Shown: positions 1 to 10,774 of the stretch, piece after piece
Position numbering within the stretch: position 1 is the stretch's first letter
How the letters are laid out: each line of letters begins with the position of its first letter
Source: Tricharina praecox
Lineage: Eukaryota
NCBI RefSeq assembly: GCF_024521635.1
Contig: NW_026250415.1
Coordinates: 310,001-374,000, forward strand
DNA length: 64,000 nucleotides
Direction of reading: 5' to 3'
Position numbers and translations under genes: made by a program
Notes under the pieces: model-generated
The model's input: the letters and a program-made list of their open reading frames with translations, nothing else
Told to the model about the DNA's origin: nothing
Databases searched by the model: none

Positions 1-303
1 ATGGTGACCACTGCACCAAGTGGAGTATTCAACTCTTGGGTTCCATCTAGCACGTCGAACGTCGAACATCAGACATCATACATCACAATCACATCAGACA
101 TCAGACATCACATCACTCGTCCGCACGACCTCCCATGACATCCCATCCCATCCCACTGCACTGCACACCGTGTTCCAACATCTTCACATCTTCACATCTT
201 CACGTACCCCCCCCTCGGGGAGCAAGTATGGGAGCAAGTAGGTACGGGTATTATCTATTGTCTCATCCGTTCAGTACTTAGTTGGGTAGTTATATTCCCG
301 CCG

Positions 304-2276
304 TTACGCGCTCGCGCCCGCCCTCTTCCCGACCGAAACAATCGACGGCAAGTCTTTACACTCAGTCGTTTCGTTAGTATTCAGGTCGACGACCCTAACG
401 CCCTCGAGGGTGAGTAGACCCGTCGTCAGCGGGACGAAGCTGAGCTCCGTTGTGTGGCAGGCCGAGGGCATGAGCGGGCTATGTTCCTGTTAGAATGATC
501 CAGCTATAGGGGGTGGGGTAGGGGAGACGTACCCGATTCTGACATCGTGGACCAACGGGACGAGTTCCGCGGGTTCCAGGTAGCGCGACTTGTGCGACTG
601 GTAGACCATGGACTCGTCGATGACGGGCTCGGGGGGGTCTGCGCCCGCGGGGGTAGCCGGCAGTGTCTTTCCGTCGCCCACACGCTTGCGCTTCGGCGGG
701 ATGAGCAGCGCGAGCTTCCGGGTGCGGCTGGACCGGTTGACGACGAAGACCGACCACGTGAATGTCTCGCCGACGTACACTCGCGACGGTCCAGTGAACG
801 TCACGGTGAGGCCTTGTGTGCCCCCGTCGGCTATCGATGGCCCGTGGCTCTGTGAGAAGCCGCGCACGTCCATGGGCGGTGTGAAGACAACGTTTGGGGA
901 GGGGAGGGGGGCGGCCGCAGGATATCCTGGACGGATGCCGGATGAGGCCTGGACTGTGGCGCCGTGGACGATTGCGCCGAGTGATGGGGGTCGGTGGGCT
1001 CGCTGGATTCCCGCGTGGGGGGAGAACACCGGAGGAGCTGAGGGTGGTGCGAAGTCTACTGTTGTCGTCCAGTTCGTGTAGATTTGTGGGTGGCAGGTTT
1101 CAGAGACCAGTGCTGTGGCTTTGAGGCTGACCGATATCGCTTTGACTTGTGAGCCTGGTGGTGGTGTTTGCGTAGGCGTCATCTCGCTGCCGGTATCTAT
1201 CTGTGTCAGGGTGTAGAGGAACGTCATGTCGTCGCGCGGCCGACATGTAACCGGCAATGCGGTGGATGGCGAATCCCCGACCAATGTCGCCTTGCCCCCG
1301 TCTACGGTGATGTCGACGCTGTTGATACTGACATTGCAATCGCTGAATGGCGTAATCTCAAGATCGAGGGATGCGATTACGATGTGCCTGCTACCAGAGG
1401 GTATCCGGGAGTATCGCAGGCGAATATTAATCGCCGGATAGATGTTGAACGCCCTCTTCGCCGCATAGCCCAGCGGTCGGATTGCTTGCTGCGGAGCTTG
1501 GGTGATCGGGATGACGCGAGATACTCTGTGGGCCGACAAGCGAGGGGACGCCTTAGACACCAAGGGGTCTTCGGCAAACGACTCGAGCAGGTTGACCCCC
1601 ATGGGATGTCGGGATGTCATGTAATCATCTTCGAACAGCGGTTTCTGTAGCTCAGCAGGCCGCAAGGTAGCCGAGCAGGTGAGGAGCACTTTGGGATTGT
1701 TGAGACGGGCTCGTGGATGGCCGAGTGGAACCTGTAGCTTCCATACCGCGAGTCGCGTCGTCGACTCTCCGATCGAGATTCTAGGCGTATCTTTTTCGTT
1801 GATGACTGTTTGAAACAACAGGTGCACCGAGTCTTGTGTCCTCCCCGGATGGCCCTGTTGCTGCTTCTGTCCGTCGATCGCCGTGACCTCCAACGAAACG
1901 GCGAGGCGGGCGAGGTAGTGCTCGTAGAGCTCGTTGCTCAAAGGAACCAAAATTTGTAGGACGATAAAGACGGGCAGTTCCTCATCTGCGGCAAGATTTA
2001 TCGGTGTTCAGTCGGAGTGGCCAAAAACGCACGGAGCAGCGGCCGTAGGAAAGGACGAAAGCCTGGCTAACCGTAGAAAAGATGACTCCGTTGCTCAATA
2101 GGTGCGACGGCCGCGATATTGGAGACGGTGGAACCCTTAATATCCCCGCCTGCAGCAGCCGTGATAACCTCAGCTATGTCGAGATCGGAGACGTGGGGCA
2201 CAATCACGTCCAGTCGCGCAGTCTCGGAGATTTCGGTGGAGAGATTTCGCCTGTGGCCGCGCGGAGGGCCGGACAT
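304..2276 (-). CDS. TRS65: TRAPP II complex subunit Trs65-like protein (3 exons: 2276-2072, 1985-533, 478-304)
   Basis: Spliced frame MSGPPRGH...EQRSHLFY|DEELPVFIVL...TFTWSVFVVNRS...DVRIG|PLMPSACHTTELSFVPL...EGVRVVDL...DLPSIV, with canonical GT-AG introns at 2071-1986 and 532-479. The C-terminal motifs match the fungal Trs65 family. An alternative in-frame ATG lies at 2288. Confidence 0.8.
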
Positions 2277-3120
2277 GACTGGCAGCATCGGGTGATGGGG
2301 ACTGATGCTGATGGACGGCGGGAGTGAGGTCGGGCTCGTGGGAAAGGAGACGGAGGTGAGGTAGACGGTCGACAAGCTTCACGGACGTTTAGGCCAGCCC
2401 GGACACTAGCGAACATGCACGCGACGATATCGACCTGTCTTCCTCGACGACTCCTGATTGACCGTGAGCGCCACTCAACCGAAGCACCGGTGCTCTCGTC
2501 ATGGAATGCCGACTTACAATTTGATACGAAATGTACTCTTCTCTCTCCGAGAATCTCTTTGTCCCTCTTCTCCGGAGTACCTATAACCAAGTGAGATTGT
2601 ACGTACTTCAGCAGCTACCTATAGCTTTGTCGGAATTTGCCGGAATGTAATATTCAACGAAGGAAGATCTATTGACTGTATTCAGTCTACGAAGATCTAG
2701 AACGAAGTGAAGGCCGAAGGACGGAGAAACGAACGAACGGTGGTTCCTTCTCGATGTTTTGGGGGCGGCGAATTCGGGGCCGTGCTTGGCATGGTGTTGA
2801 GGGAGGGTCGTGCATGTCGTTGTCGCTTAGCACGGCGTCCTTTCTTTTTTCTTGTCGTTCCTCGAGTCTTGAACGGAACTCCTTCTCTGCTGTCTTCTGT
2901 ACCGATACCACCCGCCCAGCAGCTCGGCTTCCATCTCTCCTACTCTTCCACCCCCCGGCCCAGCCTCCTGCATACAACAAACGAAATCTATAGTATCACC
3001 GCACCCCATCTGTCCCCCCGACACGTCTCTGTCCACGTCTCACAATACCGCAAATCTTATCGGTGCGCGTTTCGACCACTGCGACTACGCGGCTGACTTT
3101 GCTCTCGCCCGAACCCAAAG

Positions 3121-6100
3121 ATGTCGCAAGTCTGGCAGGAGGCTAAGGCCGCCGACGGCAAGATCTACTACTACAATGTGCAGACGAAGGCAACCCAATG
3201 GACGAAGCCGGTGGAGATGATGAGCACGGCGGAGGTAAGAAGTCCCCCAACCGCGCTGCTTCGCGCTCGCCCGCTGACACGAACATCGCAGAGAGCATTG
3301 CAAGATCTCGCCTGGAAAGAACACAAGGCTGCCGATGGGAGGGCCTACTGGTACACCATCCCACCCCTTACGCGTTCGCGTCCCGACAGACACGCTGATC
3401 ACACTCAATCATACAGGTACCATGCGCAGACGCGAGAGACCACCTGGTCGATGCCCGATGAATATCGCCAGGCGTTGGAGAAGGTGCAGGAAGCGCCGCC
3501 GCACGGGCTTCCCGCGATGCCCGCATTCGTCGCGGGAGGCACGCAACAGTTCGGCCAACAGCAGCAGCAGTCCCAGAATACCGAGCGTGCACTTGCGATT
3601 CCGGGGCAGCTGATGGAGGCTGCGGCTGATGGTACTGCGAGACCGATGACGTTGCCTGCGTCCATCACTGCGACCGACAAGAACGAGCCCCAGTATAGCA
3701 ACTTTGATGAGGCTGAGGGTGCGTTCGTGAAGCTGTTGCGTCGTAGCAATGTTGGCGCCGATTGGACTTGGGAGAGGACGATGCGTGCGATCATTAAGGA
3801 GCCGCAGTACCGTGCGCTGAAGGATCCCAAGGATCGTAAGGCCGCCTTCGATAAGTACATTGTCGAGCTGAAGCAACAGGAGCAAGAGAAGGCCAAGGAC
3901 CGCATTGCGAAACTGAGGCAGGATTTCTCTGTGATGCTCAAGAGCCACCCCGAGATCAAATACTACACTAGATGGAAGTATGCAATGCATTCAAATCTCC
4001 GACGCTTTGCGTAAAATGCTAATTTCTGTCGTCCAGGACTGCGCGCGTCATGATTGAAGGTGAAACTATCTTCCGTTCCACATCCAACGAAGATGAACGC
4101 CGACAGCTGTTCGACGAGTACATTCACGAGCTTCGCAAAGCCGAGCAGGAGCGCGAGCAGCGTACGCGGAAGGAAGCAATTGACGATCTTGTGGGCTTGC
4201 TCAAGTCGCTCGAAATGGAGCCGTACACTCGCTGGTCAGAAGCCCAGACGATTATCAAGCAGAATGAACTTTTCCGGTCTGAAGAAAAATTCCAGGCTCT
4301 CTCCAAGCTCGATGTTTTGAACGCGTTCGAAAGCCACATCAAAGTCCTCGAACGAGAATTCAACGACAAAAGACAGCGTCTGAAGACCATGAAGAACCGA
4401 AAGGAGCGCAAGAGTCGGGAAGCATTTGTTGTAAGTGGCACTGATATACTCCTCATCACTACCGTACAGATCGGCTTACCATTGACCAGGCTCTCCTCAA
4501 TGCACTGCGCTCAAAAGGTGAAATCCGGGCTGGATCCAAATGGAAGCAAGTGTTCCCCTTGATTAAGGATGACGAGCGTTATCAGAACATGCTGGGACAA
4601 AGCGGATCAACGCCCTTGGACTTGTTCTGGGATATGATCGAGGAGATGGAGCGTGATGTTCGCTTGAAGAGGAACACTGTGCAAGATGTCATGGAGGTAT
4701 GTTTGCTGGAAGCCTTATTCCTTTTACTCGACTAACGTTCATATGTAGGAAAAACGCTTTGATATCACTGAAAGTACCTCTCTCCAAGAGTTTGCCGAAT
4801 TCCTAAAGAAAGATTCACGCACTGCTCAGTATGACCAGGATACGGCCTCGGTCCTCTTCGATAAGGTAATACTTTTCTCGCCCGTGTCTTTACCTGTGCT
4901 AACGATGCATTGCGCAGCTCCGCGAGAAAATCGTTCGACGCATCGAGGACGACCGCTACCAACAGGAACGCCACCAGCGCCGTCGCGTCGATGCCTTGCG
5001 CTCCGTCATTAGGCATCTGGAGCCTGCAGTAGAGGTGACGGATACGTATGACAAAATCCGACCCCGCATCGAGAGGACAGAGGAGTACCGTACCCTTGAC
5101 TCTGACGACCTTCGTCGCACCGCCTTTGACAAGCACATCCGGCGCCTCAAAGAAAAGCAGGAAGAGCGCGACAAGGACCGCGAACGCAAGGAGAAAGAGA
5201 AGGAGCGCCACAGTAAACGTCCGGCAGCCGCAGATGAACCCAGCAGAAACGGTGGCTATGACTCCTATCACAAGTCGCGCTCCTCGCGCCATGATCGTGA
5301 GCGCTCCAGGCATCTTACTAGGACCCCTGAGCCAGATGCGTATGAAGCAGAGCGCCGACGTGCCGCCGGAGAGCGCGAGAGACAGTACCGTCGCCGTGAT
5401 AGTTCCGTCCACCGCTCTGACCGCGGGTCCAGGCCCGACAGTCGCCCGCCCCGACACGAGCGAGACCGTAGCTCCCGCCCCGAGAGTGTCTACGACCGTG
5501 AGCGACGCGAGCGTGAGGAGGAGCGCGAGCGGCAGTACAGATCGAGAGGTGACGAGGCGCCGAGGGATCGCGATGAGTATCGTCCCCGCCGTAGACGCGG
5601 GATGTCGCCTGAAGACGACGAGAGAGACTCTAAGGTACGCCATTCTTTCCTCCTTCTTCTTCTTCTTCCCTGTGCGTGTCCGCCGGCAACGCGCTAACGC
5701 CGAGATTCAGAGGACGAGACGTGAGCGCACCCCTCCACGCACCCGTACCCCCCCGCCCAGGGAACGCATCTTTGATGACACCGTCCCGGTCATGAACTAC
5801 GGTGAGGACCCCATGATGGACTACGGGAAAGACCCGTACTCCGGCCCCAGCAAAGACAGCAGCAGCAGCAGGCGCGCATCGAAAGCCAAGTCGGCGGCGG
5901 GAGAGCCTAGAGTAAAGGATGAGGAAAAGGCAAAGGTGACGACCAAAGATGCGGCGAAGACGGAGAAGGAGAAGGACGCCAAAGCCAAGACGGACAAGGA
6001 GAAGGTGGACAAGGTGGACAAGGACAAGATGGACAAGATGGACAAGATGGACAAGATGGACAAGATGGACAAGATGGACAAGATGGACATCGATGTGAAG

Positions 6101-6136
6101 GCTGAGGAGAGCGAAGAGGGCGAAATCGCCGAGTAG
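3121..6136 (+). CDS. PRP40: U1 snRNP factor Prp40 (two WW domains, FF repeats, Arg/Glu/Asp-rich tail), multi-exon
   Basis: WW1 WQEAKAADGKIYYYNVQTKATQWTKP; WW2 WKEHKAADGRAYW|YHAQTRETTWSMP; FF repeats (e.g. WTWERTMRAIIKEPQYRALKDPKDRKAAFDKY); GQSGSTPLDLFWD; C-terminal ESEEGEIAE. ORF pieces are joined by GT-AG introns. Confidence 0.93.
6023..6085 (+). repeat. Coding 9-bp tandem repeat (GACAAGATG)x7 encoding (DKM)7 in the Prp40 tail
   Basis: Perfect repeat read directly from the sequence, preceded by degenerate GACAAGGTG-type units. Confidence 0.95.
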
Positions 6137-7339
6137 CTAGCTAGCTTAGCTTAGCTTAGCTTATCTTAGCTCGATCGGGTCAGGTCACGTGCCGATGACG
6201 TGGTGGTGGGGACCAGTGGGGACGAAAAAGTGGTGGGCAGCTCTGTAGCTTTTGCTTTGAAATATGAGGGGTTGTTATGTTAGAGTACAGTCTGTCTGTC
6301 ACTCTAGGGGGTAGATGTGCTGTTGCTGTTGCTGTGTTGTGTTATTTGATTTCAGGCTGTTCTCGATCGAAAGCCTGGTCGGTCGTTAAAGTACTTCACT
6401 TACTTAACTTGCTTAGGGTGTGCTGGCGGATTTGAGATACTTGGCGCAGGACGTAGATGTTTCCTTTGCAGTTTTCCAGCCCAGCAGCCCCGCGGCCCCG
6501 CACATGGGAATTTGGGCGAAACATTTGTGATTTGTTTATTCGAAGGATTGGGGCGAGCAGAGTAAGGCAAAGCGCATGGCGCGAGCAGTGCAGCGAGGAA
6601 GAAGAGGGCCATGGCCCATGGGAGTCCTCCTCCAGATCAAATCAAACATTATTGGCCCCCCAGCCCTAGCACCAGCGAATTGCTCGATTACGGTATCGAT
6701 ATCTATCTCACCAGCCAGCATTGTAGGTGAGTACTCATCGATATTGGACCGTAGTTAGTGGGCATTTTCCTCAGCTTTGCCACTCCTCTACCAACGGGGT
6801 GAACCTGTGTACATACTGCATCCCATTCTCATGGCCAACGGACTGGACTGGCACAGTTCGGACGCCAATCGTGATGTAGGATATGATATATGTATGATAT
6901 GTATGTAGAGGAGAGTATGCAATCTGCATTCAGGAACCTGTCCGCCCGCCAGCCAGCCAGCCAGAAGAGCGATGAGTGGCGATGGATTGATGGATGGAGG
7001 GGCAACCACAGGCAGACACAGATAGATAGACAAAGAAGGGCTTGCGGCCTGCGGCTTAATTAAATATTTGCCAGCCTGGCACTGGCACTGGTACGGGTGG
7101 GTTAACCGCACGATAGCCGGTGCGATGGTGGAAAGTCCGAGTAGGTACTGGGAGGTACTAGCTGCAGCTTCGAGACCGACCCGGAGCATATGTAGCAGCA
7201 TAGGTGCTTTGGAGGCGTGAAAAACTTCTGCTGCTCGTAGAGTAATCTCGGCGATGGGGTTTAAGTACTGAGGTAAGTACTCTACTCTACTATAGCTCGT
7301 GTGAGCGAATTGCTCTGGGTTTGAGGCTGGCGGCGGCGG

Positions 7340-7372
7340 CGGTGGTGGTGGTGGTGGTGGTGGTGGTGGTGG
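7340..7372. repeat. (GGT)n microsatellite
   Basis: Read directly from the sequence. Confidence 0.9.
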
Positions 7373-7585
7373 ATTATATTAACGAGGCCCCCGGGGATGG
7401 CGGAAGAGGGGGAAGCAGCAGCAGCAGAACGCAGCGCAACGCAATGCGGCCTTTGTTTTCCCTCTCCTCACATTATGCATCTAGAGTAGTGGTAGTATAC
7501 TGTAGGTAAGAAGTAGTAGGGCGGGTGTTTTCCGTTTGCGTGTGCTGTCCGTCGTCGTGGTCCGCAATCTATCTATCCCCCGAGT

Positions 7586-7586
<1 letters not shown>

Positions 7587-7653
<67 letters not shown>

Positions 7654-7667
7654 TGTGTGTGTGTGTG
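7587..7667. repeat. Compound (GA)~32(GT)n microsatellite upstream of the deaminase gene
   Basis: Read directly from the sequence. Confidence 0.95.
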
Positions 7668-7884
7668 GTATATAACGTGCGGATAGGGAGCGAGAAGTGG
7701 GAGGAGGCAGGTAATCGTCATCGGCATCCCCCGCTTTCAACCCCTCCCTAACTACCTCCACCTCTCCACCTCATAGCCCCCAGCTCTCCCGTCCACCTGT
7801 TGTTTCCACCACCCACCTACCTACCAACCAACCAACGCACCCACAACCACAAACAAGACAAAGCCACACCCTCCCTCCATCGCG

Positions 7885-8430
7885 ATGTCCACCACCACGA
7901 TCACCACCACACCTCCGGCGGTGTCGCCTCCCGCCGTCAGCAGCGGCAGCGCACACCTCTCACCCGCCGCACTAGAGGAGCAGCACCATCTGCGACACCT
8001 GCGGCACGCCCTGACGCTGGCGTGGCAATGCACTCCGACTTCTTCCGCATTCTGTGTCGGCGCTGTGCTGCTGTCGTCGTCGGGCACGGTTCTGTCGACG
8101 GGGTACTCGCGGGAGCTGCCCGACAACACGCACGCGGAGCAGGTGGCGCTGATGAAGCTGGGGTCGCCGCCGCCCGAGGGTAGCGTGCTCTACACGACCA
8201 TGGAGCCGTGCGCGAAGCGCACCTCCGGCGACAAGAGCTGTGTCGAGCGCATTGTCGATGCCGGCGGTATCGGAACTGTCGTCGTCGGCGTTAAGGAGCC
8301 GAATACTTTCGTCCAGGGGAATCAGGCGAAGGAGCTGCTTGAGGTGAAGGGAATAAAATATTTGTATGTGCCCGGGCTGGAGAGGGAGATTCTTGTGGTA
8401 GCCGAGAGGAGCCATAAGAAGGAGGAGTAG
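7885..8430 (+). CDS. Zn-dependent cytidine-deaminase-like protein (Rib2/DRAP deaminase-like stand-alone domain), intronless
   Basis: Motifs AFCVGAVL, STGYSRELPDNTHAEQ (HAE) and LYTTMEPCAKRTSGDKSC (PC..C), plus GVKEPNTFV. Confidence 0.85.
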   Translation: MSTTTITTTPPAVSPPAVSSGSAHLSPAALEEQHHLRHLRHALTLAWQCTPTSSAFCVGAVLLSSSGTVLSTGYSRELPDNTHAEQVALMKLGSPPPEGSVLYTTMEPCAKRTSGDKSCVERIVDAGGIGTVVVGVKEPNTFVQGNQAKELLEVKGIKYLYVPGLEREILVVAERSHKKEE

Positions 8431-8589
8431 TGGGCGGTGGATGCAGTGATATCAGAATGTGCTCGGTTTTTGTTTTGTTTCCGCAGTTGATTTTATTTTT
8501 CTTAACGAGGGATACTCGGGATACTCGGGATGGGTCTATGAATTTAATGACCGAACTGAACTTAAGGAACTGTCTGTCTGTTTGTCCGT

Positions 8590-9863
8590 CTATTGGCTGT
8601 TTGCTCGTTTGCGCCATCCCATTCCCGCGGCTTCAAGCCTCTGGCGATACTCCTCCAATCGCCTACTAACACTCACCCCATTCCACAACTCATCCCCATC
8701 CACCCCCCGCGTCAGCACCGGCATCCCGATCTGCTCTATCGCAAAGCTCGCGGCGACCGTGCCCATAGCCGCCGCCTCCACCATGCCCACGCCTCTCGCC
8801 AACCCCATCCCGAGCCCACCAACAAAAGCATTCCCACCGCCCGTCGGATCCACGACCATGCTATGGTTCCGCTCACCCCCCTCGTAATACGCCGGTAACC
8901 TAACTGCCCCCTCCGTGCCCACAACTAAACACCCCAACTTCCCCGCCCTCACCACCACCGCCCCGGCGCCCGCCTGCATAACCCTCATTGCCAGCACCTC
9001 CATCCTCTCCCACTCTCCGCCGGGCAGCTGCGACAGCAGCTCATCCTCCCAAAACGCCCCCAGCTCCTCCCCATTAGGGCTGACCACATCCATGGTGCTC
9101 ACAGTCCTCAGCATCTCCGCCCGCTGCGCAGGCGTGCACAGATCCGGCACTGGTTCCCACACCGCGATCTGTCCCGCGGCCCCGCCGCCGATAAGTTCAC
9201 GCCGCAGCCCTGCTGCGCGCGCGGCAGAGCAGATCAGGTGTACGCAACGGGCGCGCACGAGACCGCTGGAGATCAGGTCGATAGCTTCCAGTCGCAGCTT
9301 TGGAGTCAGGTAGTGGAAAGCGCGGGTGTCGCTGGAAGCGGAGGGGTAGGAGTTCCAGCCGCGCGTTGTCAGTCGCGAGGTGGAGCGCCGGAGGATCAGG
9401 TGCGTGTCTAGGGCTGTGAGTGGTGCGAGGAGTGACGGAGGGAAGTCACGTCCCGCGTCCACAATCCAGCCGATGCGCCGGGATTGCGGCGGCGGGGAGA
9501 AGAGGCGTGCGCCGAGGATGGCTGTGGGTGTTAGCTACCTATGAGGGAGGGGGGAGGGGGCATCCACCATATGTGCCCGCGCCGCCGATGATGTCGTCGA
9601 CTACTTTGCGCGCGGAGGCGGGGCCGAAGTGGATTTGGTCTATCTAGGCGGGAGGTCAGGATGGGATGGACTGGGCCGGTGCGGGACGGGACAGGTGGTG
9701 GGTGGGTGAGTGGTACTATGAACATCCCGACTGCTCGCGAGGTTAGTTACCTCTGCCGGCTCATAGAGAGGTCGGAACACGAACGGGTGGTGAAGTCGAG
9801 CTCTCGCTTGTCGTCGTCGGCGTCCTCATGGCCGTGATCTGTCTGTTCTGTCTGTTCTGCCAT
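8590..9863 (-). CDS. MAK32: PfkB/ribokinase-family protein, Mak32-like (4 exons including a 14-nt microexon at 9730-9717)
   Basis: Spliced N-terminus DFTT|LGMFI|IDQIHF...IIGGAGTY|..ILGARLF..IGWIVDAGRDFP; WEPVPD; VSPN; PfkB signature VVDPTGGGNAFVGG; VAASFAIEQIG. Confidence 0.85.
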
Positions 9864-10774
9864 AGCTTGCGGGGAATGCGGGATGCGGAGCGGGCGGGCT
9901 CAGAGCTGGAGCTCAGGTCTACTGGAGTTCCGGAGTTTCAGAGCGGCTTGTTTTGTTCGCTTGTCGCCGAACCGAACCACTATGTCGGGTACGCTACGGG
10001 GCGCTAGAACGCCGTGGACAAAGGAAGAAAAGTCGCGTCTCAGATCCAGCGGGGGCGGACGGCACAGGCAGATATCGTATGAGGAGAAAGAAGGAAGGAA
10101 GGTATGAATCAAACCCACGATGTCGATATATGGGAATGCGGGATATTTCTCGTGTGCGCACTGCGTAGCGTACTGCGTGTGGTTGCCATGGCATTTTATT
10201 GCGCGGCGTGCGTCCAATCTCGCTCTTGCGGAATGACGTCGCGCGAGCTCAAGGGGTGAACGGGGCCCCATGGGGGTTTAAAGGGGCTGAGACTTGGGCG
10301 AGGTTTATCTCAGCACATGTCCAAGTAGGCAGACTGTAGATACCGGTGCTTAGATAGTTGCTGAAGAACTCACTTCTCAAGCAATCAATCTGACACGGAG
10401 GAGAGATCGAGAGCGGGTGTGTTGTACAACCTGAAGTTTAGCTCTATTGTATTGCGTTGTTTTGTTGTTCTTTTCTCTGCCTTCGGAATTTATTTGTTGA
10501 CACGAGCCCCTCCAAACAAATCAACCGAGACGGACACCAACAAGCACCACCGACCGACCAAACCCTTTTCTTTCCACCTCCACCTCCCTCTCACACTCAC
10601 ACACCAAAACCCACAACCACGTTCACCACCAGAACCACACAACCACAACCACAACAGAACGACTGACCCACCAGTACAGCAGTATCTTGCATTTGCCTTC
10701 GCTCGTACATACTCGCACACTTCACACGCTTACAAATTATCGCGCCATTTGGCAGTGTCCAGTCCAACACGGAG

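Noticed and set aside
6640-6760. Minus-strand peptide LRSNID...EIDIDTVIEQFA, faintly like a hAT transposase C-terminus
   Set aside because: Too short, flanked by stops, with no other transposase motifs or TIRs. It cannot be supported without a profile search.
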